Source: Rubripirellula sp.
GTDB taxonomy: Bacteria; Planctomycetota; Planctomycetia; Pirellulales; Pirellulaceae
Reading direction: 5' to 3'
Assembly (NCBI GenBank): GCA_965216875.1
Contig: OZ244207.1
Span: 3,200,001 to 3,264,000, forward strand
DNA: 64,000 nucleotides
Below are positions 14,701 through 30,100 of the stretch, in pieces. The position numbers and the translations under genes are program-made. How positions within the stretch are numbered: the first letter of the stretch is position 1; each line of letters opens with the position of its first letter. The notes under the pieces are model-generated. The model had not been told where the DNA came from and made no database searches. It saw nothing but the letters and a program-made list of their open reading frames with translations.

Positions 14701-14980
14701 CGTTACCGTCAACAAAGGACCGGTCACCACCGGCTCTTGTGATTCGAATCCCGCCTAACGTGGCGGGGTCGATGTCGGCTCCGCCATCAAAGCGAAACGT
14801 CAGCTGACTGGGCGATTCGGTCAGCTCGTTGATCTCGGCTTCTTGAAAGATCTCTTGCGCATTTGGGTTAACGCCAATCAAATCAAATGCGAGCAGCTCA
14901 CGCTTTTCAAGCGTTTCACTATGCAGCCGGCGAGATTGATCTTTTGAGAGGAGACGCCGATTTTTTCTGCGTTTGGCCAT
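8748..14980 (-). CDS. N-terminal portion of giant secreted protein A: planctomycete extracellular motif, metzincin (matrixin-like) domain, PPC domains, beta-helix-like region
   Basis: ORF 8378..15052. Likely start MAKRRKNRR at 14980 followed by LHSETLEKRELLA. HEVGHAIGLGH at 13550-13582. PPC-like DSRITLF...AANDDYFSQDSLI...GVYFIGVS. Translation loses its Asp/Gly-rich character after DFD at ~8750. Confidence 0.9.
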
Positions 14981-15171
14981 GGGGGACCCAAAAGGGAGGC
15001 TAAAAGGACTTTGATGGATAAACGTTAACTTAGCCAAAACAGCTCCAACCAAAATCTTGGTCGGGTCTGCCTTGGCCAGTAGGACGCGGCTAGCCGCGTC
15101 GTGGGAATGAATCAGTTTGCTTGCGAATCACAGCATTTACCGGTGAACATGATACCTGAGCGGAATCGGGA

Positions 15172-18100
15172 TCATTCGACCAAGTCTCCGAGATCGAGGT
15201 CAAATTCGTCCAGCACCGACGAGAGGACCTCATCGATGCTCTCGGGTTCGCTGGAACTTTCGTTGTCCAGGACAACCAAAGCGTCAACCGCTTGCTCGCC
15301 AGATTGAGCCTGGATGACCAAACCGTCGGTGAGCAGCGAATCGCGCGGATCTTCGATGACGGCAACGTGCTCGGCATTTCGAACGGGCAGGTTCGGCGTT
15401 CCGGCAGTCACAAAGTTCGACGACGCGGCAAGACCTGCGATCGCTTCGGGCTGAGCAATCTGAACATTGTTCAGCTGGCCCAGTCGGGTGATCACGTTGT
15501 TCGCATCCAGTGCCGAAACTTTGCCGTTACCGTTGACATCAAGGAAGTCTGGCGGTGGCGATCCGATTTCGGTGACCGGTACTTCGGTGCCGTTGCTGAA
15601 GATCAGCTTACGGCTAAGGAAGTTGATAATTCGCAGAGCATCGAGGGCAGTGGTGCGGCCGTCGGCGTTGACGTCCGTTTCCATTCCGTCGATTGGGTTC
15701 TGGTATCGCGAATCGTTCAGATCAAACGTCACGGTGACAGGATCACTGAGCCGTCCGGTTGTGTCTCGAACACGGTAAGTGAACGAGTCTTGACCGCCTA
15801 CAGCACCACTTGTGTTGGTGTAGATGAACGTTCCGTCGGCGTTGATTTCCAAATCACCCAAACTTGGACCCACGATCGACGCTGGATCGGTCACGACCTC
15901 AATGTCATCTCCGTCAGCATCGAAGTCGTTGGCAAGCAATCCGCTGGACGGATTGAGCACCTGAAGGGCCGCACCGATTGGCACATTGAATCCGTCAGGT
16001 CGTGCTTCAGGACGATCAGCCACTGGAGTGACATTCAACGTGAAGGTGTCGGCCACCACGAACTGGGCGGTATCGCGTGCTGCGATTTCGATCTCAGCCG
16101 AACCCGATTGGTCTGGTTTGAGAGTGATTCGCAGCTGTCCATTGTCCGTCGAGATCGCGTCGACCACTGGGTGGGCAGCAATCTGTGCTGCGGTCGGATT
16201 GAACAAGTTATCCAATCGCGAAACCGTGAAGGTCAACACATCACTGTTGAGCGGGTCATCGGTGATGTCTTTGTCTTCGAAGACCGTCGACAAATCACGA
16301 GTGATGATCGAATCCTCATCTGCCGTGATCTCTTGGATCGGAGCAATCACGGTTGGTGGATCAGGCGTGTTGGTGATGTTGAGCGTCACCGCACCGACAC
16401 CAGCCTCTCCATCTGGATCCTCTGCTCGAAGCGTGATGGTGGTCGTTGAGAACTGGAACGGCTGGTAGGTCAACAGCAGCAGATCATCAACCACACGTGC
16501 CTCGACCGTATCCGGATCGGACGACACGACACTGTACGTCAAGTCGTCGCCCTCGGGATCAAAGAACCAAGTGCTCAGGTTGTACGTGTCTTGCTGTGCA
16601 TCTTCCTTCGCCTCATCGCGGGTGATCGAAGTCACCTGTGAATCGCCGTTGACTCCGACAAACATCGGACCGTTGTTGACACCACCAATGTTGATGGTGA
16701 CCGTTGCCGTCGAAACGGCACCCTGCGTATCACGCACTTCGTATTGGAACGAGTCCGTGCCGCTGAAGTTCAACGGTGATTCGTAAACCAAACCTTCGGC
16801 AGTCCGCGTGATCGTGCCATTGCGGAAGGTCGAAATGGAGTCGTCGATGTTTTCCAGATCGCCCGTCAGGAAGATGTCGGGGTTCTCGTCAACTTCGTCT
16901 TGAGGTCCAGCAAAGTCGTTGTCCAGGATACCCGGAGTAAGGACGTTGTTGATTTCCGTCAAGCGGAGTGGAATCGTGAGCCCTTCACCTTCATTGATCG
17001 AGTAGGTGTCATTACCCAATCGCGGCGGATCATTCTGGGCCGCGATGTCGATGATCACGGTACCAACGGTTGCCGCAGCTTCCGACTGTCCTTGCAGTGG
17101 AATATCCGCGACGGTGTAGGTGAACGAATCAAGCGGATTGAGTGGATCGACCATGTTGTTGAAGTCAGCCGGCGGCGTGTAAATCACGCTGCGACCGTCA
17201 TCAGAAATCGCAACCGTACCGCCTTGCTCGGTCACGAACGCGCCACCACTGCTTTGCACCGACTGAATGATCATCGGTTGGTGTGACTCGTTGGCCGGAC
17301 CAGGTACATACCGATCAGCGATCAAACCTGGGACGGTTTCGCCGCCGACCAACTGATCATCCACATGGAAGACTTGTTGTTCGTCCTCGAGGATGTCGCG
17401 AGTGATTGGTGACGAATCGACAACGACTGGTGGATCGTTGACTGGTTCAACCACGATCGTTACCGAAATCGGAGTCGAGTTGACCAGTTGGGCACCTGGA
17501 TCAAACGGCTGGATATCGGTGACGCGAGCGGTGAAGACGACGCCTTCCACTTCGCCAGTCGCCGGATCGACGCTATTGAAGTCTGGAGCAGGCAGGAACG
17601 TGAACGTTCCGTCTGCGAACACCTCCAACGTCCCTGCTTCGACGCCGCTAGGCGTGGTCAACGTTCGAACGCCAACATCATCTGGGTAAATCGCAATGCT
17701 GTCGCCGTCAAGATCCACGACGCCGGTAAGCAATCCGTCATCGTTGCTGTTATCAACCGTAAAGGTACCGTCATCGAGGGCCTGCAATACGCGATCTTCT
17801 TCGACGGTGAATGCACGGTTAGGTTGACCGATCTGCGGCGGGCTGCCGGGAAGGATCAACAAGGTGTAGTCTTCGACTTCGCCGCTGAGGGCCAAACCGG
17901 TTGGTTCCAAGCCGCCATCACGCGAAACGCGGAAGCGAGCATAGGTCTCGGTCGGTGAGAGCGGGTCAGGTGTCGTGGCGGGAACAGTGACGTTGAAGGT
18001 CCGCGTGATTGCGGCACCCGCATCACTAAAGATCGCACCCGGTGTTGCAGCCGTAATGATCTGCTCGCCCGGATCGTCCCAGTCGCCATCGGCGTTGAAG

Positions 18101-21100
18101 TCAATCCATGCCTCAAGCACACCACTTCCAGAGACGGTGACGTCGATCGGCGTGGTCACACCTTTGTTCAAGACCCCTGTTGGGTTGACCGAACTGATGA
18201 AGTTGACGCCATCTTCGTCATCAGCGACCACAAAGACGCTGACCGAATCCATCGACAAGCCGGACGCAGCGAGCGGGCTGCCTGCAATCGCAACACGCAT
18301 CGCGTCAGCGATCGAATCGCGTGATGCTGGGTCAATCGGGCTGACCGGAATGTTGCCATCGGCGACGACACCATTGCTGTCGAATTCGAAGGTCGCTTGA
18401 GCGCCGTCGATCGAAATGGTGAACGTACCACCTTCGACCGCCGTCGTTTCAATTCCGCGACTGATTTCGAACACCTTGCTGTTGGAGAAGGTCGCAACTC
18501 GCAGCAGGGTGTTGACACCACTTAGCTGGACGTCAACCGCTTCCACTCCGAGCAATCGGTGACCGTTGATCAAGCCTGCTGGACGCAGTGGGCTTTCGAC
18601 AATCGCTTCCACAACGGCGTCGGCAATCGAACTCGGCGATTCCTTGTCGATCGGACGCACTGCGAAGTTGTCTTCGTCGAAGCGGCCGTCCAGGTCGAAC
18701 TCGATGGTTGCCAAGTCAACATTGGTGTTGATGGTAACGGTGTCACCATCACGTCCGTCGATATCGGCCGGCGTGTGAACCTTGATCTCAGCAGCACCAG
18801 GGACAACCGACGTTCCGAACAGTCCACCTGAACCAACGATATCGATTGTCAAGTCGTCGCCATCGGCCGATCGGACCGGTTGGCCATCGAGATCGGCGTC
18901 CACGTAGTGGCCGAGCTTCAGCTCGCCATCGACAACGTGCCGCGGTCCATCATGTTCGGCCAAGGTCGGGTAGCGACCTGGGACCTGTAGGACTGGATCA
19001 GGAGCATCACCGTAGTCGAGTTCGACCGTCGGCATCAAGATCGTGAACTGGGTCGTTGTGTCGCTGCGGTTTGCTTCCAGCAAGTTTCCAGCGAGGTCTT
19101 TGACACCTGGCAGGAAGTAGTTTGCCAATGGTCCCTCGAAGATCTCACCGTTCTCAACAAAGAAGGTTGCTCCGCCGCGATCCTCTGCCATGAGCGTCGT
19201 CACAGGGATTTCACCCGGTGGGTTGACTGCGGCAAAGGCATTCAGCAGTGAACGTTTCACTTCCGTTGCTGTGAACGCTGGCGAAATCCGAACCGGAATC
19301 GCACCACCAGGAACACCAACCACATTCAATGTCGGTGCGGCAGTCACGTCGATGACGGTGCCTGGCAGGTCATCAAGCAAGACCTGACCGGTCGGTTCCA
19401 TCACAACGTTGTTGTCGTCGTCCAAAACAGGGTTGCCATCGGCGTCAAGCACCGGTGCAAGTTCCGCTTCAGCCGAAATCCGCAATGCACCGCGGTTGTT
19501 GTTGATGGCCGCAGCAAGGCTGATGGCCACATCGCCAATGGTGCTGCCCGGCTGGAAAGCAACCGCGATGTTGTTTGGTGCAACTCCACCGCCGTTATTG
19601 ATCGACTCAAACTCAAAGCTGACCGTGGTCGTGCCTTGACGAATCGACAGCACTTCGCCGTCGCTCACAATTCCGCGACGAGTCGTCAATTGAGGCACAC
19701 CGGGAACCGAGTTGATTGGATCAACAAGGTCTGGGATACCGCCGAGATCAACGCGAGATTCACTAATGCGTCCCAGCGATACCCGACCGTTACCTTGATT
19801 GACTGCGGGGATACCAATGTTCGCTAGGTTGATTTGCGTGACCAGGTTATCGGCCAGAACGTCGACCAGATCGAAGGTGTTGAATGGCACAACAAAGGCA
19901 CCAGGCACCGAAGGCGTGGTCGCAATGTTGTTGAATTCGAAGATCACATCGTTGCCGTTGTCATCTTCGAGAATCAGCACGCTACCGTCGTTGATCTGCT
20001 GAGCACCGACCAGCGGCAACTGTAGCAGCAGGGGACCAAAGACCTGGATCGTTGATGCGCCGGTCACATCTGGCGAACCGGTCACTTCAAAGCTTGAACC
20101 CGAGACCGCGAAGCCAAGTCCCTGTTCACCGCCAACGGCAAGCAGACCGCCAGGAATGACTTGAACGTCATTCGGATCCAGGCCAGCGATCTCTTGACCC
20201 TGCAGTTGGTTCGCAATCAAACCGGCAAGTTCATCCGCGGTCGTCAGGCGGGTAATGTTGATTGGCACATGAGCATCACCAACACCATCGTCCATTGGGC
20301 CGTCAGGACCAGGCTCATCCGTTCGATTGACTTCGAGCGTGATATCGGTGCCCAGACCCGTGGGCGAGATCTGGATTGTGTCGCCGTCGACTGCGGTGCG
20401 AGCCAGTCCGACCAAACGCAGTTGTCCGCCTGGAACCGTCGCATCACCATCGATTGGCAAGTTCAAGAAGACGTTCGTGCCGTCCACTTGCGGGGTCAAG
20501 CCAAGTGGCGAGTTTGCAATCGCTCCCTGAATCTTCAGCGCGACGATTTCGGCATCGTCGGTGGTGAGAACAGGAACCGGAACATTCGTTGCCGTGTTCA
20601 AGCCGGGCGAAGCATCGGTGTCAAATTCGAAGGTCACCGAAGCCGTTCCGTTGCTGACCACAAATGTGTCGCCATCGCGAATACCGGTCAGAGGATCAAT
20701 TCCCATCTGAGGCACTTGCAGAGCCAGCGTTCTTGGCAACTGTTGCAAACCGCTTCCGCTGGTTACAGCGTAGGTGCCGGGCTCGGCACCGACCACCACG
20801 CGATCACCCAAGACTTCGACGCGAGTGTCGACGTCAAGCAAACCGAGGTTGGCTTGCGACTGAATCGCCGTTGCTACGTTGACAGCAATTTCATTGAGGA
20901 ACCGGTCCAATTCGCCGGAATCGGTTGGAGTCGGACGGCTTGGCAACGGAACTTCGACCGTACCTGGCAAGGTCGTGCCATCGCTATTGAATTCGAAGAC
21001 GACGATTGGGTTGCTACCATCGTCGATCTGGAAGATGTCGCCATCGCTCAATCCACCACCGTTGGTACCGACGCGTGGAACCACCAAAGTGATTGGCTCT

Positions 21101-24100
21101 GGCACGAGCAGTTGGTAACCCGACTCAAATTCGAACACCACGGTTCCGCCAAGCGTGTCGGTGATCGCGATTTGATCACCGTCATTGACTTCACTTGGAT
21201 CCGGTGCGACCAGCACGTTGCGGTCGCGGTTGTTCAAGGCAATTCGGTAAGAACGATCGCTTTGCCAAATGCCTGTGAGCGGCGTTAGCGTGATGGTGTT
21301 CTTGGTTTCGTCGTAGTTAAAGACGTAGTCGATTCCCTCGGTCAACAACCGATCGTTCTCGAACAACGTCAACGTCGAACCGGTCGGACGCAGCCCCGGA
21401 ATCTCTGGAATCACGACGGTGGTGTCATCGATTCCAACACCCGCAAATGGGTCGGATGCGTCGCCGTTGTCGCGAAGCTGAATGCGGAACTCGTTGTAGG
21501 TTCCGCCGGAAAGGTTGATGAAGCCGATAGCACCGTCGACATCAATACCCTCGGCATCGTTGTCGCGTGGTGTTTCGGCGATCGCCACAGGGCCAACAAA
21601 GTCGGCCAGTTCGGTTGAACCGCGATCCTTGAAGACCTGCGATCCCAAACCGCCCGGAGTCGCAAACAACGGATTGTCTGCACGAAGGACACCACCGACA
21701 TCTCGGTTCGGAGCCAGGATGTTGCTGACTGGAATGCCAACCGTGTTTTTCAACGCGGCAAAGGCGTCGCGTTCGATCAACGAGTTGGTCGCACTGTCGA
21801 TGACATAGGAACCGGCGGCAGGTTGGAAGTCGTCGCCGGCAGGGTTTTCAAGCAATGGCTCGCCGCTTGGCAAGATGACATTGAAGTCGTCATCGCCACC
21901 GTTGACGTTCGAGACGCTTACCAAAACGTCCGTCACGAGGCTCGGATCACCACCTGGCGAGAACGGAGTCGCATCCAGGTTCGTTTGGACGGCACTGTTG
22001 AGGTGTTCGTCGTATTTGAACACGGTCGCCGAAACGATCACTTCCATTGGTTTGGGGAAGTTGTCGCGAAGGAGCCGGTCGTTGTGGTCGGTGAACGGCC
22101 CAAACCGCCGCCCGAAGCCATTGATCGAAGTTTCCTCGCGAACGATGCTTTGGTGCGTGTTCACAATCACGTTGTTGACCAACGTGGGGCTCGCACCACC
22201 AGCAATCATGACACCTTGCTCGGTGATCAGTTGATCCGACTCTTGCGAGAGGTTTCCATCTCGCTCGTCGGGACCAACATAGAACATCGCCGCGGCCGCA
22301 TCGTTTAGTTCGACGTCCGCAACATTTCGCAAGAAGGTGTACAGCTCCGAAGTACCGGATGTCGTCGTGAGCGGTGCTGTCGGAATGTTGAGCCGGTCAT
22401 GTCCGAAGCCACGCTGCCAATCGGTGACCCCGAAGGTTCGGTAAACATGCGGCGGCCCGCCAGTTCTTGAAAGGTTAGGCAGCCCAGGATTGTCGTTGTC
22501 GATTCCTCCCAATGCCTTTGCCTCGACGCGATTGACTGCCGTGTTGAGGTTAAGCAAGGAACTACGGTTAATCGCATCGGTCAAGGACCGCATGATATCG
22601 GGCACACGGTCTGCTTCTGCACCGTTGGAAATACCGATTTGGTACTCAGTGCCCTGGTCGATGTCAGGAGGATTGCCTGCACCAGGTGCGAAGGTAAAGG
22701 TGACCGAGTTGCGAACATCCGGATCAACATCGCTCACCTGCGTGATGGTGATTTCCGCACCGACCAAGTCCGCACCAACCGTACCGACGTCGCGTCCGGC
22801 ACCTTGGATACCGATCACCGCAGTACGTCCGGCGAAGACGCGAATTCCAAGCTGGTAATCGCCCGTTCCACCTTCACCGCCATCTCGGCCGGAAAGGCTA
22901 TTCGGGTCGTAGTTGTCGTTACCCGATGCACTGACCGCGACGTAATAGGTTCCCTTGCGTGGTGCAAAGAAGTCGACGTACGGGTCGGCTGGGTTTGCCG
23001 CGTCGGTGACGGGGTTGTCCCGATGATCGCGAGCGGTTGTTTCCGGATCGAGGTAGCCCGGAACTTGTCCCGATTCAACAGGAGCAATCTGAGCTTCACC
23101 AAACTCGTTGAAGATTTGCAGCACCGTATCGACGCCACCAACAACTGTATCGATGTCAGCCACCAAACGGTCGCCGACGTTCAATTCGACCTTGAAGAAG
23201 TCGACGTCATTTTCGGGGCTGACCGGTCCACTGTTGTCACCGATCGATGCGGTGTGAACGTAGGACGAGCTATTGCGGTGTGCAATTCCCTGTTTGGTAT
23301 CGATCGCGTCGGCGATGATGTCATCATCTTCGCGGTCCGCCATTTCGAAGTCGAGCGATTCACGTCCGTCCGCACCGTAGATGGTGTTGTTAACGACGCG
23401 AGCAAACGGCTGTGGAGCTTCGTGAACGGGTGCCTCATTGACCTGGAATGGCGACCGACCCGCAAAGTAAACCGCACTCGCACCCTGCAACCAAACGGCT
23501 GGGTTCGGGAAGTCGGCAAAACCGCGATTGAGTGCGAAGCCTTCGAGGCTTGGATTGCGTTGGAACGGATCGATCGACATGAATGGAGTGACCAACTCGA
23601 CCATATCGTTCGTGACCAGGATGCTACCTTGAATCGCTTCAAAGATCGCATACATCAGCTCGAACGAAGTCGATGGGGGCAGCCCGCGACCGTTGTAGAC
23701 CGTACACGGCGTGTTACTGCAGTGGCGGTAGTAGATCGGCACATGACCGTCACCGTATCCGTCACCACCTGCGATTTCACCGTGACCGTTGTCACCTTGA
23801 ATGTCTTCGAACTCAAAGACAACTCGCGTGCCAGCGGCATCGATGACCATCAATGCGCCGTCATCGACTAGGTTGCCGGTGTTGTATCCCTCGATTCCGT
23901 GGATCACCAACGGCCGTGTTTCACCTTCGACCTTGATGCCAGCCATCTGAGCTTGGTCAATCGTGTTGTTGACGATGACCGCGCCAGGGGCCAGGCCACC
24001 TTGGACGGAATCGTTCAGCGTTGGCAAGTTCCGCACAGCGCCGGGATAAGTATTCCCCGCTGGTGGAAGCTGCAGGTACTGATGCTGGATTGGGAACGAA

Positions 24101-27100
24101 TCAGGATCAAAAGGATCACTCCTGATCGTTAGCTCAGGATCGTCGCGCAAGTCACGAATGTCGGTATCGCGAGTCCCGGGCTCGGTCCAAATGCCGATTG
24201 CGTTGACATCGCTGATCGTATTGGAATCAATGATGATCTGACTTTGTGGTCGCTCATGATTCACGTCACCAAACAGGTTGTCAAAGACCGCAGAGATCAA
24301 CACGTTTCCATCTGGCGAAGTCGCCAATGGGGCTCCAGTTGGTGCAAGCTCGTGTGATTCGATTTGCAGGAAGTCACCATTGATGATTCCGAACAGATTC
24401 AGGCGAGCATCTTCCATCGGCCCCGTCGCATCACCCGATGCCGAAGCGGCTTCGGCATCCAAGGTTGGCGACAGGTTGATTGCACGTCGAATGGTTTCCG
24501 CGATTTGAACCGCCGAATCGGTCGGATCAAACAAGACAGGAGCGGCGTTGAATGCCGTGAAGCCGTCGGTCGTGAATTCAAAGATCTGGCGTGTCGTACC
24601 GTCACTTAGGACGAACGTGTCACCATCAACGACTTGGTCACCAGCAGGAGCGACAATCGTGATTTCTTCGCTGTGACGCTGGTTCGTGTCAAAGTCACGT
24701 GTCAGAACGCCATCGACGTTGTATTGCGTCCCGCGACGCAGCTCCAACTGGTATTCACCTGACTGAGTGCCAAAACCACTGAAGTCGTTTTGCCCTTGTC
24801 GCGCGTTAAAGATCGTTTCACCACGCTCGGCGAAACCGACAATGAAGTCGTCAAGGTAAAGGCCTTCGCCAAACCCGAACCCGTTCGAGGTGTAATCAAA
24901 CGTGATTTGGATGTTTGTGTGCCCAGCAAAAGCATCGAGATCAACAACCTCTTGCAGCCATGCGTCATCATTTTGCAGGCCGCCGAATACTTGCCCAACC
25001 GGATTCTCGTTACTCGTAACGGTGTAGCCAACGTTGTCACCAAGCCCGGAATCAAGCAAGTAGTTGAAGTAGAACCGCGGACGATCCGCAGCCGAGTACC
25101 CGAGCAGGTCAAACGGCTCACTGGTCAACGTGCCATTGGTGAAGTTCTGGCGGTTGAAGTGAATCGATTGATTCCCCGCACCCGCTGGCACAACGTGATC
25201 TTCCACGGAGACATGCAACACATAGCTGCCCGTCACCGGCGGGGTATCGTTGGACGGTGGCTGTGCCACCCCATTGTCAATGGTAGGCGTCGTTCCCGGC
25301 GGAACGACGTAGATCATGTAGATTCCCGTATTGAGCCTTGTATCAACAAAAGGGTCAAGGCTGACGGTATTGAACACGGTTCCGTCACCACCAAGACTAC
25401 CCGCTCGGCCATCTTCGACATTACTCGTATTGATCTCTGGCGTAACAAAGAAGTTGTTGCCGAGCGAAGTGACGTCAGCGATGCGAAGTCTCAGGTCAAC
25501 GCTATTCGGATCTGGGACGAACGGTGGCGTGTCAGGATCGTCGTCATCAATACCCTGCTGGGGATTAAAGCCAGCATCAACATCGATGATGACACGAGTG
25601 TTGTCTTCCGGAATGCTGATCAGGAAGACGTCACCAGGGTCACGTGCCATGCTTCCGTTGATCGTGACGTGCGGAATAACGGCTGACGTGTTCTCAGGTC
25701 CGAAGATCGAATCGCTTCCAATCAGCGGATCATCTGCAAGCGACCAGACCAGACCGTCAAGATTGGACGCGAATCCAATCCCCGGAACGGCAAATTCGGA
25801 AAACACTCCGTCGTTGACGGGGACATCGACACTCGAACCATCGAAGTGCTCTGGCTTGCCGTGGCCAGGTTCTGCACCGCGGTTTCCAGTCACAACAAAA
25901 TCGCTAGCACCAATGGCTGCATCCGAGAACAGCTCGGGGAAACGTGGTCCGTCTGCGGTGCTTGGTGTCGAACTGTTGTCGACGCGGTCTTCGAACAAAC
26001 GCTCGACCGAGTTGACAGGCTCGCGGCGCACCAAGTCGTTTTCAAACAACTCCGAAGGCAAGCGACCATCTTCGGTCACGGCAACGTAATAGGTCCCTTC
26101 GCTCAATGCAGCCGGACCGATGAACGGATCCTGCGTGCTGACCGAACCATTGGAAAGTCGTTCCGATTCGTCGTCCTCACCAAACGGTGTGGTCAAGTCT
26201 TCGGCGATGTTGGCTCCTTGACCAAGCAAAACCAATCGAGGCTCGGCGCCACCGTAGAAACCATCTTCGTCGTAGAAGACCGAGATGTTGGTATCGGGAC
26301 GACTCAAACCAGCCGCGTAATCGATATCAAACACAACGGACTCGGTAAGCCCGTCGCCAATCGTAAAGCCTGATCCCAAAATCCCGCCAGGAATCGTTCC
26401 CACAGCACCGTTGGCTGCGAAATCGACGTCGAAACTGTAGAAGTCAACATCGAAGCCCGAATCCAACGCACCACCGACGCTGATAACGTTCGCGCGATTC
26501 TCGACCAGATTTCCGACGCCTTGGGCTCGTTGGAACGGAAACGCTACAGAACCCTCGATGGCATCGTTGCTGGCGAAGAATGGCTCAAGTTCCTCGTTCT
26601 CCTGAGCTTCACCGAGCAACGGCGAGCTGCTTGGCAGACCACGAACGTGAATCCCGTGGTTCGCATAGCGGATGTCGGTGTAGCGAGCGATGTTGCCTGG
26701 GAAGATTTGTTCTTCCGTCAATCGAATCTGGAAGCGGTAGCCGCCACCTGTCAAACCACCCTGGAAGTCATCCGGGTTTACACTGCGGCTGCGAATACGG
26801 AAGAAGTAGGGACTCTGGGCACCGGTATTCCCTGGGAGCGTGAAGTGCAAACCTGCATCACGCTCGTTGTACGACCCAAAGTCCTCGTAAAGGCCGCCAG
26901 CTCCGAACGAAGTTACCGCGTCGGGGCGTGTCTGCAATGGCGTCGCGGTGCGTTGCAACTCGGGATCGAGCAGCACCAATTGGTCACTATCTGCGACCTC
27001 TGCGAAGCTGTCGTCACTACGTGCCACCACACGACCTTGAGCGTCGAGCACTTCAAGCACGGTGTCATTGGTGTAGAGGGTACGATCGACGTCGATCCAA

Positions 27101-30100
27101 ACTTCGGTTCCGGCGTACCCCGTGAAGGCGTAGGTATCAACGTCCGTCGAACCGGCGAGATATCCTTCGACCTCGAAACCAAGGCGAAGCTTTTCGTCGC
27201 TGGCGGTGATCCGTTCGGCCAAGAATCCGAGTTCCTGGGCGTTGACCGTCGTTCCATTGAGACCTGGAGCTGATTCGGTCGACAGTTCCGATTCCAAGAT
27301 GAAGTCGGCGTTGTAATCGTTGCTGTACTGATCGAAGAAGACACTTCGCCAATCGTTTGGCTCTGCACGCGATCCGATACCATCGCCGTTGTTGTCAGTG
27401 AACTGCGATCCGTCCGGTTTCAAACCGGCACCAACGCTGTCGTCACGGAAGCTTGTCAAAACAACCGGGGCACCCGGGAAACCGATCAACTGAACCGTAC
27501 CGCCGACCCGATCCAAGATGTCGCTTTCGTCACCACGCGCGGTCAGACCTGTTCCGGGCGTTTGACCAGCAACACCACCGGGACCTGAAAGCTTCACAAC
27601 CAAGCTTTCATCGGGACGGCTGATCAACCGCAATCCACCGCTGCTGTGGAAGTTGTTGACAATGACCGAATCAAAGAGCAAGTGAACGATGTCGGTATCG
27701 TCCCAGACCGATTCGGTGGTCAGATTGCCGCCGCGGATCTCCATCCCGGTGACTTCGTTGTCTTCGTAGCGATTGAATCGAACCATCGGGCCACGGTTAT
27801 CATCCAATTCGCTGAACCGCTCGTTGGATCCCGTTTGACGTCCGTAGTCGAGACGGTAGTCGCCGTGCAACGAATCGGAGTCAATGTCGATAATCGTGCC
27901 GCGATTGTTGGTGAAGGTGTTTCCAACAATGATCGGGTCGGTACCGCGAGCAAAGATGGTCGCTGGCGTGACGGCAAGTCGACCGAATCGTCCCTCAGGA
28001 CCGGCACCTTGCTGGCCCGAGTCGTTGAACTCGAACCGCGAATTGGTCACACGCGCTTCGGCTTGATGCAATTCCAAAGGCAAGAAACCGCGACTCAGGC
28101 CGCCTTCGATGTTGCTGATACCACCGCCGTAAGCCACGACCGCGTTATCAAAGCTAACCACGGCAGTTGGTCCGGCGTAGATACCTGACCAATCGCCAAG
28201 TGATGGCGGCAGGTTGCCGTTGAACAGGTCACGGTCATTGTTGGTGTCGAACGTTCCGCCGGCACCAAAACGATCGTCCAGCGAACTGGTAAAGACGACT
28301 GGATCGGAAGTCAAACCTTCGGCGAGGAATTGTGTGCCTTGGCCAAGTTCGATACGTGAACCGCGGAACTTCATCACCAAACCAGGATCAGCGACCAACG
28401 ACGCGTCGAGGCGTCCTCGGATGCCCTGGCGTGAAAGGTCCAGTACACCGTCGCTTGATGAGCCGTTATCGATGAAACCGATACTGGATGCATCCAGGTC
28501 GGCAACCAACACAAACTCGAGGGCACCACCGGTGTCCATCGCACGATAGATGCGACGTGAGACGTAGTCGGTGTTTGGATCGACCACAGGCAGGCCGATC
28601 ATTTCGACGCTTGTGTTGTCGATCGTCGTGATCGTGAACACGTCGTCGCTGGCGCGTGACTCGAAACCATCGTTATCAACGAAGGTCATCTTGTAGAGAT
28701 AGGTTCCATTGGCAAGTTGTCCGCCACGCAAAACGCGTCCGGAGACCAAACCGACCGACGGAGCAAACCCATCGTTGATCGATCCGCCAGGCTTGCCTTC
28801 GACTGCGAGATTCTCTGGCACGTAGTGAACCAACTCGGTGTCGTCAAAACGCGCGGCAACAGTGAATGGGCGTGGAGGCGATGTTGGCGTGGTTGCCACT
28901 CGAATCATCACGCCATTGACACTGTTGTCGAGCACAAGGTTGTTGTGCATCTCAGGACCGACTCGGTCGTAGTCGGCCGTGAACGATCCGCCCTGTTGGA
29001 AACGCGGCTCTTGGAAGCTCGTTTCTTCAAAGCTATTGGGGGCCGCACTAATTGCAGCATCCGCACTTTGCGTGATCTCGTTGAAGGTGATCGTCGGACG
29101 CAGATTGACGATCTGGATCGGATTGATCAGCTGCTGGATGGCATCGGCAACAATGTTGCTACTACCGCCATAGCGAAGCTCGGCGTGATTGACGCGTTGC
29201 AGGAAGATACCTTCGTCTTCCAGATCGCGTCGCCCTTGAGCCTGATCAACGTCACGTCGATAGACGATACCGCCCCAGTCGCCAGAAGCAGCAGGAATGC
29301 TGTTGCCCGCCGCCGCAAAGTCGACATCTCGGTCACGTACGCTAGTCAGAATCACACGACCATCGTCATAACCTGGGCTGAAGACGTTGTCATCGCCAAG
29401 CAGCGTTGTCTTCACTGGCGCGTCGCCGGTGCTCAACTGCACAAGTCGCGGTGCACCGAGGATTTGCAAGACACTGTTGCTACGATCGACTTGGACCGTG
29501 CTACTACCGGCAACAATTCGCGCCGCACGCAGCTTCAGCACCGCGCCGGCGTCGATCATCGTGGTCACGCCCTTGGGCACTTCCATCATCCGGCCATCTT
29601 CCAGCACGGCTCCGCCCGTGTCAGCCAGACCGATTTGGTAGCTGAAGTTGTCGATTTCGGTTGTGATGTCGCCGTCCGCACCACCGTTGCCGACAATTCG
29701 CACAATGTCGCCTTCGAGTGTTGCATCGAACGCGTTGGCGACAACGGGATTGCTGATGTTGTTGAACGGATGATCCAAACTTCCGTCGGCAAGTGGGCCG
29801 GCAGTTTTGTCAACAAAGATGTTGCGACCGAAAATCTCTGCGCCGCGGAAATCTGCCGACACTTCAATGGTGCGTTCGCCAATGAAGCTAACGTTGGACG
29901 TCCCCGGTGTTGGCAGCAACGAGACGCCGGTCTCGCCCTGACGCTGATTAACCGCCGCCGCAAGTGCTTGAGCCAAACCGAACGATGGAGTCGGGAAACC
30001 GTTGCTTCCGTCGCTGTAATTGACAGGAATATTGCCCGGTCGTGATGTACTACCAAGCGGAACAAACTCGTAAGTTCGCGTCACGCCGTTGCCACTGATG

